A DNA stretch of 58,499 nucleotides from a bacterium. Lineage in GTDB: Bacteria > Hinthialibacterota > Hinthialibacteria > Hinthialibacterales > Hinthialibacteraceae. The stretch covers positions 1-58,499 of the forward strand of contig CAXXSM010000029.1 in the NCBI GenBank assembly GCA_963663405.2, read 5' to 3'. The notes beneath the pieces were generated by a model. It made no database searches and had not been told where the DNA came from. It saw only the letters and a list, made by a program, of their open reading frames with translations. Both the position numbers and the translations under genes were made by a program. Shown here piece by piece: positions 9,539-19,234 of this stretch (position 1 is its first letter; each line of letters begins with the position of its first letter).

Positions 9539-10160
9539 AATCGTAATATCCGCGATAGAAATCAGATCCTTGTTTATCGGTTGTACCTTCCATGGTTTTC
9601 GCCATCCCTGTGGAGGGCGAAATTTTGATGAAAATCCGGCGTTCATCCTCCCGTTTTCCCAGGCGTAAAATGGTGAAAAAAGCGGCCTGGGCGGAACCAT
9701 CCGGGTAAAAGTAGAATTCCCCTTCTCCCCGCCGGATTTCATCCTCTTCCGCCACGTTGTATAAAAACGAAAACTCAAATCCCGAAGGAAGAACGCCTTG
9801 AATCTCTTTGATTTCCCTCACCCGCCTTCTTCTTGAACTGGAAGAACCGCGTTTGGGGGATCGCCGCCGATTGGAGCGGCTTTTATAGTGGCGGCGCTCC
9901 TTTTCCTGTTCAACGGGTATCCAGTAGGAACTATCATCACTGTCAACCACGATCCGGATCGGAATACGTTCCATGATGGCTCTCTGCTGGGCATAGCGTA
10001 AAGCTCCCAGGAAATCAATAGCGGCTCCGCGCATTTCCGACTGGATATATAAAGTCCGGAAACTGGGGATTCCTACGACCGTCAATATGCTAATAATGAG
10101 AACGACGAGTACGATCTCAACAAGAGTAAACGCTTCGCTCCCATATTTTTGCCGAGGCAT
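9519..10160 (-). CDS. gspH: T2SS minor pseudopilin GspH/FimT-like
   Basis: EA|FTLVEI, LRYAQQRAI, FYFYPDGSA. Confidence 0.85.
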   Translation of the reverse strand: MPRQKYGSEAFTLVEIVLVVLIISILTVVGIPSFRTLYIQSEMRGAAIDFLGALRYAQQRAIMERIPIRIVVDSDDSSYWIPVEQEKERRHYKSRSNRRRSPKRGSSSSRRRRVREIKEIQGVLPSGFEFSFLYNVAEEDEIRRGEGEFYFYPDGSAQAAFFTILRLGKREDERRIFIKISPSTGMAKTMEGTTDKQGSDFYRGYYDYEDERL

Positions 10161-10305
10161 AGCAATCCCTTTCCAGGCTCCGCCCGATACTTTCCAATCT
10201 TTTTATACTTAAATGGATTGGAGAAAAATTAACTGTTTGTATGCGCGAATCGATCTTAAAAACGCGCATTAATTATCCAATTCTAAATTCAATAGAATTA
10301 GACCC

Positions 10306-10725
10306 TTACTCCTCATCTTCCCAGTTTCCTATATCGTCTTCCGTACCATCCTGGCTATCTCGTCCAATTGAGTAGACGTCATATTCAATCCCTTGGTTGC
10401 CGGGATAGCGATAGCGATATTCATTTCCCCACGGATCTTTAAAAATCTTTTTCGTGAGAAACGGTTTGGTCCATCCTTCAACGCCTGGATCTTCCACAAG
10501 CGCCAGCAGCCCTTGATCTGTGGAAGGGAATTCACCAATTGTCAACTCGTAAGTGTTTAAGGCGAGTTCCAGGTTGCTGATATCGGCTTTGGCGCGTGTT
10601 TCTTTGGCGCGTTGGGACTGACCGCTGAAATTTACGAGAACCGCGCCGGCCAGAATGCCGATGATGGTGACAACCAGTAACAGTTCGACGAGTGTGAAGG
10701 CGTTCTGTTTTTTGTTTGCTATCAT
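10306..10725 (-). CDS. gspG: T2SS major pseudopilin GspG
   Basis: NA|FTLVELL, FPSTDQGLLALV, DPWGNEYRYRYPG, YSIGRDSQDGTEDDIGNW; AAGGAG RBS upstream of the ATG at 10725. Confidence 0.95.
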   Translation of the reverse strand: MIANKKQNAFTLVELLLVVTIIGILAGAVLVNFSGQSQRAKETRAKADISNLELALNTYELTIGEFPSTDQGLLALVEDPGVEGWTKPFLTKKIFKDPWGNEYRYRYPGNQGIEYDVYSIGRDSQDGTEDDIGNWEDEE

Positions 10726-10803
10726 GATACGTCTCCTTAGTTTATGTGTTACACGGCAATCCATTCCTTTCTCCCTGCATAGAAACGAGGAATGGCTTCC
10801 GCT

Positions 10804-12018
10804 TTAACTCATGCTTTGGCTCAGCTGGAAGATCGGCATAATCATCGCGAACACAATGAATCCGACGACCACGGCCATAAAAACAATCATGACCGGTTCG
10901 ATGATCGTGGTGATGGTTTTAATAACCCGGTCGGTTTCACCTTCGAACGCGTCCGCGACCCGCTGCAACGTATTTTCCAGATTACCCGTCTCTTCACCGA
11001 CCGCAACCATATTGACCGCAACCGGTGGGAAGAGATCGCTTTCCTCCATTCGTGTAGAGAGTTTGGCTCCTTCTTTGATGTTATCCGCGAATCCTTCAAT
11101 ATCTTGTTTGAGGATTCGGTTTGAAATAACCTGTTCGGTAATTGCAAGAGCGTTCAGAATCGCAACGCCATTCCCCAGCAGAGTGCCCAGAGTCCGGGCG
11201 AACTTGGCGATTTCACGTTTGCGGATCAATTCACCAAACAGAGGGAGATGGAGTTTGATCGTATCGAATTGGATTCCTCCCGCTTCGGTTTTAATGTATT
11301 GACGAATAAGAAAGATCAACGCAATAAATCCGATAATAAAGATCCACCACCACTGGCTGACCATGACACTGGCGCTCATCAAAATACGGGTTGAGATAGG
11401 AAGAGTGATTTCCGCGTCTTCGAACATCGTCTGAAAGTTAGGAATAACAACGGTAAAGAGAACGATAATAACGAAAATGCAGACCATGACCATAAAAGCG
11501 GGATACGTTAGAGCGGAGATGATTTTGCTCCGTGTTTCCTGTTCGTTTTCAAGGAAATTGGAGAGACGTTCCATGACCTGATCCAGCATCCCGCCTAATT
11601 CACCGGCTTTAACCATACTGCTGTAGAGAGAGGGAAAGACGCGATTGTGTTTAGATAGGGCATCGGAGAATGAGGTACCGCCCTGCACTTCACCGCTGAC
11701 TTTTTTAACGATTTCCTGTAATTTTGGATTAGTGGTCTGCGCGACGATGACGTCCAGCGCACGGGCCAGAGGCAAACCGGCTCGAAGCAGATCACTCATC
11801 TGCCGGCTGAACGTGGCGACATCTCTCCCCGAAACCCGGCGAATTGTATTAAGGGATATTTCTGCGCTGAGTCCCTTCCCTCCTCCGATTTCATTGATCG
11901 AGATGGGAAAAACCTGCATTTGCTGTAATTTGTTTATTACCAGCCTGCGGTTGTCGGCTTCCAGCACTCCCTGGATAATTTCCCCGTTGAGTTTTTTGCC
12001 TTTGTAATCAAAACGCAT
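10804..12018 (-). CDS. gspF: T2SS inner-membrane platform protein GspF/PilC
   Basis: FSRQMSDLLRAGLPL, AGELGGML, SALTYP, VGEETGNL, IIEP. Confidence 0.95.
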   Translation of the reverse strand: MRFDYKGKKLNGEIIQGVLEADNRRLVINKLQQMQVFPISINEIGGGKGLSAEISLNTIRRVSGRDVATFSRQMSDLLRAGLPLARALDVIVAQTTNPKLQEIVKKVSGEVQGGTSFSDALSKHNRVFPSLYSSMVKAGELGGMLDQVMERLSNFLENEQETRSKIISALTYPAFMVMVCIFVIIVLFTVVIPNFQTMFEDAEITLPISTRILMSASVMVSQWWWIFIIGFIALIFLIRQYIKTEAGGIQFDTIKLHLPLFGELIRKREIAKFARTLGTLLGNGVAILNALAITEQVISNRILKQDIEGFADNIKEGAKLSTRMEESDLFPPVAVNMVAVGEETGNLENTLQRVADAFEGETDRVIKTITTIIEPVMIVFMAVVVGFIVFAMIMPIFQLSQSMS

Positions 12019-12094
12019 AATGTTAACTCATTTCGATGTTACGATCTTATTGAACCATGTGCGAAAAAAACTTCCTCATTAATTCTGCTATCGA

Positions 12095-13798
12095 TCACCA
12101 TTCTTGTGTGACGCGCATGAGTTCGTCCAGAGTGGTTTCTCCGTCATGCACTTTCTCTAACGCATTCATCCGTAAGGTTTTAAGTCCTTCAGTTAAAGCT
12201 TGTTGCTTAATCCGGCTGGCGGGAACGCGTTGGACGGTTAATTCTCGAATATCTTCGCTCATTTCAAAAATCTCATAGATCGCAGTCCGGCCCCGGTAAC
12301 CCAAGAACTTGCAATTTTCACAGCCACGTCCATGAAAGTATTTTTGTCCTTTAAATTTCGGATCGGTTAAACCCAGTCCAGCCAAAAGATCGTGTTCAGG
12401 GATGTATTCCTCTTTACAGTATTCGCAGATCCGGCGCATTAAACGTTGCGCCACAACCCCGATCACGGAGGAAGAGACGAGATACGGTTCCACACCCATA
12501 TCAATTAGACGGGTGATCGCTCCTGGCGCGTCATTCGTATGGAGCGTTGTAAAAACAAGGTGACCAGTCAACGCCGCTTGGATAGCGATTTCAGCCGTTT
12601 CATGGTCACGGGTTTCCCCAACGAGAATGATATCCGGATCTTGGCGGAGAAAGGCGCGCAGGACCCGCGCGAAGGTCAGGTCGATTTTTGGATTGACCTG
12701 AATCTGGACGAGACCGCGCATGTGATATTCTACAGGTTCCTCAATCGTCAGGATTTTTACATCCATCTTGTTCAATTTCGAAAGCGTGGCGTACAACGAG
12801 GTGGTCTTTCCACTCCCTGTCGGGCCGGTAACGAGAATGATTCCATGCGGTTTTGAGATGAGATTATTAAACAACTTCAGGGAGAAATCATCAAAACCGA
12901 GCTGTTTGAGATCGTAAATCGTGCTGTCCCGGTTAAGGATACGGATTACGATGCTTTCTCCATAGGCGGAGGGGACGGTGGACACACGAAGGTCAAATTC
13001 AATATTCCCGGATTTAATGTTGATCCGTCCATCCTGTGGAAGCCGTTTTTCGGCGATGTTCATATCCGCCATGATTTTGATACGGGAAATAACCGCCGCC
13101 TGATACCTGCGGATCGAAGGAGGGATCGCCGCTTCGTATAAAAGACCGTCAATTCGATACCGGATTCGAAGTTCGTCTTCAAATGGCTCGAAATGGATAT
13201 CCGTCGCCCGGTCGGCGACCGCTTCAGACATGATCTGGTTGACGAAGCGGATTATCGACGCGTCCTCACTTAAATCTTCGATGTTGGATTTATCAACGTC
13301 TTCATCATCGGCGCCCCCATCTTCCTCAAGCAGGCTGTCAACCGTATCCGCTCCAATACCGTAGTATTTTTTGATCGCGTCACGAATGTCATCGCTGGGA
13401 GAGAGCAATGGTTCAATATCACATTTGAGTAATAGACGTAGATCGTCTAGGGCATGGAAATTGAGTGGATCAGCGGTAACCACCCGAAGCGTATCTCCAA
13501 CTTGCTCGTAGGGAATAATGTTATACCGGTGGATGAAACGGATTGGAATCAGGCTGAGAACTTCCGGAGGCAATTCAATATTCTTGATTTCAATCGTCTC
13601 AACGCCCAAATGGGATGAGAGAGAACTTAGAATGGTGTTTTCATCAGCAATTTCATGTTCGACGAGAATCGTATCAAGATTCTTGCCTGTTTTATCTTGA
13701 ATAGAGAGGGCGCGGTTTACGTCATCCCCATCGATTACATTTAACGAGCGAAGTAATTCGCCGTATTCTCTTCCGATTGTTCCTGGATTCTTTCTCAT
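12095..13798 (-). CDS. gspE: T2SS assembly ATPase GspE/PilB
   Basis: Walker A GPTGSGKTT, LRQDPDIILVGETRD, TGHLVFTTLHTN, tetracysteine CEYC...CENC. Confidence 0.95.
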   Translation of the reverse strand: MRKNPGTIGREYGELLRSLNVIDGDDVNRALSIQDKTGKNLDTILVEHEIADENTILSSLSSHLGVETIEIKNIELPPEVLSLIPIRFIHRYNIIPYEQVGDTLRVVTADPLNFHALDDLRLLLKCDIEPLLSPSDDIRDAIKKYYGIGADTVDSLLEEDGGADDEDVDKSNIEDLSEDASIIRFVNQIMSEAVADRATDIHFEPFEDELRIRYRIDGLLYEAAIPPSIRRYQAAVISRIKIMADMNIAEKRLPQDGRINIKSGNIEFDLRVSTVPSAYGESIVIRILNRDSTIYDLKQLGFDDFSLKLFNNLISKPHGIILVTGPTGSGKTTSLYATLSKLNKMDVKILTIEEPVEYHMRGLVQIQVNPKIDLTFARVLRAFLRQDPDIILVGETRDHETAEIAIQAALTGHLVFTTLHTNDAPGAITRLIDMGVEPYLVSSSVIGVVAQRLMRRICEYCKEEYIPEHDLLAGLGLTDPKFKGQKYFHGRGCENCKFLGYRGRTAIYEIFEMSEDIRELTVQRVPASRIKQQALTEGLKTLRMNALEKVHDGETTLDELMRVTQEW

Positions 13799-14190
13799 CG
13801 TTTCTTTCCTAAAATCCTGATGGAATCACCAGCGATCTATCCTCTAATTTCTAACAGACAGATTCCATTATAAGCAATTCGTCTGCCAATTATTCAAAAA
13901 GAGTTCAATGAGGATTTCGATTGAATTGTAATCAATTAAAAAAACGAGACTTACACACAGCCGGTTTAGTATGATCATAGGTTTTATCCACATGAATCCA
14001 TCGAATTCCAAGAAGGTTAAATCGAGAAAACACGGTTGGAATTGTGATTTCTTGGGTGTTTAGGCTGAAGGTAGAAGGCTGAAGGAGGACATGAATTTTA
14101 TTCAGTATGGAGGAATATTGAAAACGTGAAGGAAGAAAGGAGCCTTCCCTTAGTTTTCAGTCTTATAGAGGAACCAGTTTGAAGAATCGA

Positions 14191-15912
14191 TTACTCTTTT
14201 CGTTTTAGTATTTCTTCCGCTAGTTGACGGCGCAATTCGAGAAGATGATAGGGATCCTGATTCCAAGATCCCCATGCGGGAACGGCTTGTTTTACAATCG
14301 TTTCTACGGCGTCCTCGCCGCCTCGTTCCTGGAGAATCGCGAAATATTCATAATCTTCCATACCATCGCGCAAGTTTTTCAATCGGATTGAAGCGATTGG
14401 ACCTTCAATACCTGCGTCTTGACCAGGATAGAATAAAAAACCATCGCCATTGAAATGAATCCGGAAACCGGGATCGTCCCAAGGATCGCGTTTGGGGCTG
14501 CTCCAATAAACCGTAGACCAATAGAGAAGACCCGTTACACCATACCTTCGGTTCAACCATGGAGCGATGCGGTAACTCATCACGGGGAAATCGATCTGCC
14601 AATAGGGTGGATTATCTCTTCTTACGGTTTCGTATTCAGGATGATACCGGGGCGCCGATTGGACGAGAGCGGAGTAACTCCAGACTTCATCCCCCTTGGC
14701 CTGTTTCTCTTTCACACTCGGTTCGTGGATAAACGCAAAGAGAGGACACCAGATATCGATCGCCTCATCCAACGCCCCCCATTCCGGATCCTGCATGTAA
14801 GGTTGTTCAACAACAAGGCGGCGGATGCGGGGATCGGCTTCCTTAACGACAGCGCCAAGGTTTCGTACCCGCTCGTAGGCTTCGGCGTCGTTCGGTTCGT
14901 CCAGCATATAGAGATACGCGCCGCGTTCCCATCCTTTTTGTTCCAAATATGCGAACCACGACTTGTAGTATTGAATCGCCCGGAGCCGGTCCCGGCCTAA
15001 TATATCACGGAAAGGAGCGCGGGGGATTTCAATATTTGTCAAGGAATATGTATTGACGAAGTTCGATAACTTGCGATCGATCTCCTCATTGATCGCAATG
15101 GCGCCGGTTTCATCGATTTCGGGATGCAAGCGATCGGGTAAAGGAGGATTGAGGCGATGCGCAGCCATCATTTCGATATAGCGGTCTTCCAACAGATGAA
15201 ACCGCTCGGAATTCCGGTCAATATCATAGTACCTAGCGACGGAATAGAAACCGCCAAAATGGTTCTCATGCGTGGGTCCATCAGGAAGTGTGAAATCCCA
15301 TATCGTAAGTTTGAGAGGGATGCTTGATTCCTTCGTATTTTGCGCCCATACACGAACGCTTCCTTGATACAGACCGGCGGGAGCGCCGCGGGGAATTTTA
15401 ATATCGATCCAGAGGGGTTGATGGTGATCCCGCCAGAGATCGAACCCGGCGGCTCCAAACCGGCGGCCGTCTTCCAACTCGCGATCGGTCCATCGAGGAC
15501 CGCGTATAAGTTCACCCGTATATGGATTTTTGAAAGGAACCAGGGGATCGGGATACCAGCCTGGCGGGAGTGTGGCGCGGGGCGCGGAATACCGGACGGG
15601 AATGTAGACTTCCTTATATAGTAAAATATTTTCCACCGGTATTTCAAATTGATCGGGACCGATGAGCGGTGTGATATCCGCTTCTACACGCTGAAGATTG
15701 CCGTCGCGGGCCGTGACGATAATTTGACACGACTCCACTTCATTTTTCGCGGCGAACAATTCAGCGGTGTTCGATCCTTTAACTTCCCCCGTTGGCCCAA
15801 TACGCAGAGAACCCGGCAATGCGGAGAGTTCAATGGAGGAATCGGACCAAGTTAAATTCGGCGAAAATGATAAACTTAAATAAATATAAAGAGCAATCTT
15901 CCAAGGTTTCAT
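14191..15912 (-). CDS. secreted DUF4091 / GH123-like glycoside hydrolase
   Basis: Signal peptide, AAKNEVESCQ, YPDPL, DEP, GLLYW, NGDGFLFYPG, SIRLKNLRDGMEDYEY. Confidence 0.8.
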   Translation of the reverse strand: MKPWKIALYIYLSLSFSPNLTWSDSSIELSALPGSLRIGPTGEVKGSNTAELFAAKNEVESCQIIVTARDGNLQRVEADITPLIGPDQFEIPVENILLYKEVYIPVRYSAPRATLPPGWYPDPLVPFKNPYTGELIRGPRWTDRELEDGRRFGAAGFDLWRDHHQPLWIDIKIPRGAPAGLYQGSVRVWAQNTKESSIPLKLTIWDFTLPDGPTHENHFGGFYSVARYYDIDRNSERFHLLEDRYIEMMAAHRLNPPLPDRLHPEIDETGAIAINEEIDRKLSNFVNTYSLTNIEIPRAPFRDILGRDRLRAIQYYKSWFAYLEQKGWERGAYLYMLDEPNDAEAYERVRNLGAVVKEADPRIRRLVVEQPYMQDPEWGALDEAIDIWCPLFAFIHEPSVKEKQAKGDEVWSYSALVQSAPRYHPEYETVRRDNPPYWQIDFPVMSYRIAPWLNRRYGVTGLLYWSTVYWSSPKRDPWDDPGFRIHFNGDGFLFYPGQDAGIEGPIASIRLKNLRDGMEDYEYFAILQERGGEDAVETIVKQAVPAWGSWNQDPYHLLELRRQLAEEILKRKE

Positions 15913-16018
15913 TTTTTTCTTCCTATTCCTTGGTATTGAAATCAGGCCATAAGCGTAGCGTGTAATCCGCGCATGTTAGAGAATCAAAGAATGAATCGGC
16001 CTATTGAATATGATCGCT

Positions 16019-17026
16019 CTAGGCTAAATGTTCTCCATCTTGATAGCCTTTCGCGCGATAGGGCAAGGATCGCGCGGCGCCACTGTACGCCACCTGTTTG
16101 TTGATTGTTATTCGTTCGGTATCCGTCATAGGTTTGAGCGTGCGGGCGATCCGAGCATTCGATTCAACGACCTCCATATTCGGCATACCAATCACCGCCG
16201 CCGCGACAGGCAAGGTGAGCGCGTATCGAATCAAGGTCTCGACAGGAATTCCACCTTTGCCGATCAAGTGATTCTGCGCGGTGGTTTTCATGGCGAGAAG
16301 TCCAAGGCCGTTATCCAGAGCGTATGGAATCACATCTTTTGCGAAATTGAGTCCCCGATAGCCCTGGACATTCTCTCCATGAGCGGGATTTTGGGGGCAC
16401 ATGACGCAATCCGGTTGGATTCGTTTCATCGCTTCGAGAATCGCTTCGCTGTTTGAATGCCCCGTCAATCCGATCGCTCCGATCACACCTTCTTCTTTCC
16501 ACTTTCGGTAGGCTTTCAGCGCGCCATCTTTGGCTAGGATCTTGTCAATGTCTTCTGACGTATCGATACCATGAAAATGAAGAATATCGAGATGATCCGT
16601 ACGCAGATCTTTTAACGCTTCTTCTAATTGCCGTTTCGCGGTTTCTTCATCACGGGCCATGATTTTTGATGAGAGGGTAATTTTATCACGATAATTCGGG
16701 ACAAGAAAACGTCCGTATCGTTTGTGACTTTCGCAGATCCCATCGGTTTGATATCCATACGCTGTATCAAAATAGTTGATCCCTAATTCCACCGCGCGGT
16801 GAATCATGGCTTCGGCGGTGTCCATATCCTTCTGGAGAAGATAGCGGGATCCCGCGCCGAATCCGATGATGGAGATCATCCGGCCGGTTTTCCCCAATGG
16901 ACGCAGCGGCATCGATGCGGTTGAAGACTCATTCGCGGAGAACGCCGCGTTCTCCGTAGCAACTACTCCCACACCAGCGGCTGTCGTTGTTGTCAAGAAA
17001 TTCCTTCGAGATACAGGATCGCTCAT
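16019..17026 (-). CDS. Tat-signal aldo/keto reductase
   Basis: SRRNFL Tat motif after a GGAGG RBS (start re-called to 17026); RPLGKTG, GINYFDTAYGY, LRTDHLDILHFH. Confidence 0.88.
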   Translation of the reverse strand: MSDPVSRRNFLTTTTAAGVGVVATENAAFSANESSTASMPLRPLGKTGRMISIIGFGAGSRYLLQKDMDTAEAMIHRAVELGINYFDTAYGYQTDGICESHKRYGRFLVPNYRDKITLSSKIMARDEETAKRQLEEALKDLRTDHLDILHFHGIDTSEDIDKILAKDGALKAYRKWKEEGVIGAIGLTGHSNSEAILEAMKRIQPDCVMCPQNPAHGENVQGYRGLNFAKDVIPYALDNGLGLLAMKTTAQNHLIGKGGIPVETLIRYALTLPVAAAVIGMPNMEVVESNARIARTLKPMTDTERITINKQVAYSGAARSLPYRAKGYQDGEHLA

Positions 17027-17150
17027 TGTAGTACCTCCCAATCGAGATTTGAATCGAGTATACAGTAGAATGGATGCGCAATGGAGGGCGGGCGACCCGT
17101 TCGCATAATGGTTTCTGATAACCACTGGCGTGTGTAATAGTCAACAGCCG

Positions 17151-18854
17151 TTAATTTATTTCTTCTTCCACCTTTTCCATAAGGGGGCGGATGGTTTGTT
17201 CGGTGAAGTCAAATCGGGCGCTGGCGGTTTCGAAAAGAATGGAAAGGGGTTTGGAGCCTCCCAGGGCGAGGGCGGCGCGATAGTTTTGCAGGGCATCGGC
17301 GGGGGCTTCTTTGAAGCGGCTCCAGAGTTGGAGAGCGCCCAACTGCGCGATTCCATATTCGACATAATAGAATGGAACACAGAATAAATGCAGCTGCTTC
17401 TGCCAGAGGGATTCACGCGCTAATTCGTATCCGTTCCAATCCAGTATAGAACCGAACCGCTCACTCAATTCCAGCCAGCAATTCGTCCGTTCCTGGTGGG
17501 TGTGATTGGGGTGAGTATATATCCAATGTTGGAACGCATCGATACGCGCGATCCACGGGAACAAACCGATCACGCTTTCAAGATGTTTTTGCCGGGCACG
17601 GGCGGCGTCCTCTTCGGAATAGAAAACGTCTAACAGATCACCGGCGAAGAGTTCCATCGACATCGACGCCACTTCAGCGAATTCGATGGGGGAATCGCGA
17701 TAATCGATCAGCGGTTCGTTACGGCAGGCGAGAGAATGAAACGCATGACCCGATTCATGCAGGAGCGTTTCCACATCCCGCTGTAAACCCGCCGCGTTCA
17801 TGAAAATAAACGGACGCCGGATTTCATCCAGGCACGAGAGATAACCGCCGGGGGCTTTCCCTTTCCGGCTATCGAGATCCAATTCACCACGTTGTTTCAT
17901 CTCCCTGAATTGCGCCGCCAGTTCTGGATCCAATCGCTTGAATATTTTTTCCACCCCTGCACAGAGCTGGTCCGCGTTATCAAATGGGCGTAAAGGTGGA
18001 CGGCCGAGGGGATCGACGGCGGTATCCCAGGGCCGCAGGATATCCAGTTTCATCAATTCACGGCGGCGTTCATCAATTTTGCGGGAGAGAGGCACGATCC
18101 ATTGCTCGATTGTCTTGTGAAATTGAAGGCAGTCTTCGGGGGTGTAATCAAAGCGTTTATACATCCGGAACGCGTATTCACGGAAATCCTGACAATCAGC
18201 GTTTCGGGCGATTTGATGACGCAATGTAATCAAACGATCGAAGATCGAATCGAATTCATCCCGGTCTTGGAGCCGGCGTTTAGCGGTACGTTCCCATGCC
18301 TCTTTCCGGCGGCGCCGGTCCGTTTCTTCCAAATATTTCGCCATCTGCGGCATGGTACGTTCTTCGCCGTCGAATTGGACGGTCATAGCGCCGCAGAGTT
18401 TTTGATAGTTTTGGCTGAGTTTATTTGTTTCAGTCTGCAGGGGCACATTTTGTTCGCGGAAAAGATCAATCTCCGCTTGAACATTGCGATCCAGTACGTT
18501 GTAACGCTCTGGATCAAGGCCATCACGATAGGGACAAGCTACATATTTTTTATTTAATTTATGGATGAAAGGTTTGTAATTCGGTTCGACGTTTTCGATG
18601 AAATCCAGGTACCGTTTTTCAATTTCCTTATTGCTTGTATCGCAAGTCATTGCGATATAGCGGCGGGATTGTTCTTCGGACACACACGCGGCCAGTTCAC
18701 TGACATCCAGCAGCCATTGTTCCAGGCTGGATGTGGAATCGATCTCACGTTCAAGCAGTTTTTTATACAGCGGCTTCAACTGTTCCCAGTTTCCAAGATC
18801 GATCTGTTCCGGGACGAACGAGCGGGGGAATTCCTTGTTATTCGTTTGGTTCAT
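17151..18854 (-). CDS. pepF: M3 family oligoendopeptidase F
   Basis: LRPWD, RKGKAPGGY, HESGH zinc motif, EFAEVASMSME, FYYVEY. Confidence 0.93.
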   Translation of the reverse strand: MNQTNNKEFPRSFVPEQIDLGNWEQLKPLYKKLLEREIDSTSSLEQWLLDVSELAACVSEEQSRRYIAMTCDTSNKEIEKRYLDFIENVEPNYKPFIHKLNKKYVACPYRDGLDPERYNVLDRNVQAEIDLFREQNVPLQTETNKLSQNYQKLCGAMTVQFDGEERTMPQMAKYLEETDRRRRKEAWERTAKRRLQDRDEFDSIFDRLITLRHQIARNADCQDFREYAFRMYKRFDYTPEDCLQFHKTIEQWIVPLSRKIDERRRELMKLDILRPWDTAVDPLGRPPLRPFDNADQLCAGVEKIFKRLDPELAAQFREMKQRGELDLDSRKGKAPGGYLSCLDEIRRPFIFMNAAGLQRDVETLLHESGHAFHSLACRNEPLIDYRDSPIEFAEVASMSMELFAGDLLDVFYSEEDAARARQKHLESVIGLFPWIARIDAFQHWIYTHPNHTHQERTNCWLELSERFGSILDWNGYELARESLWQKQLHLFCVPFYYVEYGIAQLGALQLWSRFKEAPADALQNYRAALALGGSKPLSILFETASARFDFTEQTIRPLMEKVEEEIN

Positions 18855-19110
18855 TTTTAGACGGATCCTCTTCTATTGACTCATCTTCGACTAATTCAAC
18901 GATTTCACTGGAGTTATCCAGCGCGGCGTCCTGCATGGATTTCATGCTTTGATAAAATTCCCAGATTCGATCTTTCGCGCCGGGATTGAGTTCTTCAAGG
19001 TAGGATAAAATCGCTTGCAAGGCCCAGCTGTTACTCAAAACGACGTCTTTCAGCGGTATCTGTTTTTCTTCCCACTCGTCTTTGCCGTTGCCGTTCTTCT
19101 TATCACTCAT
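18838..19110 (-). CDS. small acidic hypothetical protein
   Basis: 90-aa ORF overlapping the pepF start by 17 nt; helical core and acidic tail. Confidence 0.6.
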   Translation of the reverse strand: MSDKKNGNGKDEWEEKQIPLKDVVLSNSWALQAILSYLEELNPGAKDRIWEFYQSMKSMQDAALDNSSEIVELVEDESIEEDPSKNEPNE

Positions 19111-19234
19111 TGGCTCTCTCTTCTGATGCGGTTAATATTGAATGTATTATACTCAACTCAATTTTGGGTGTTAGAGATTCATGAAACAATATTTCATAGC
19201 GTAAAAGAATGATCGATCGAGGAGTTAATAGAAA

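Noticed and set aside
9539-9778. Long N-terminal extension of gspI in the ORF track
   Set aside because: Lies wholly inside gspH; the ATG at 9538 gives a normal prepilin leader.
14062-14086. AGGCTGAAGG short direct repeat (similar tract at 26449-26480 on minus)
   Set aside because: Too short and too few copies to assign a function.
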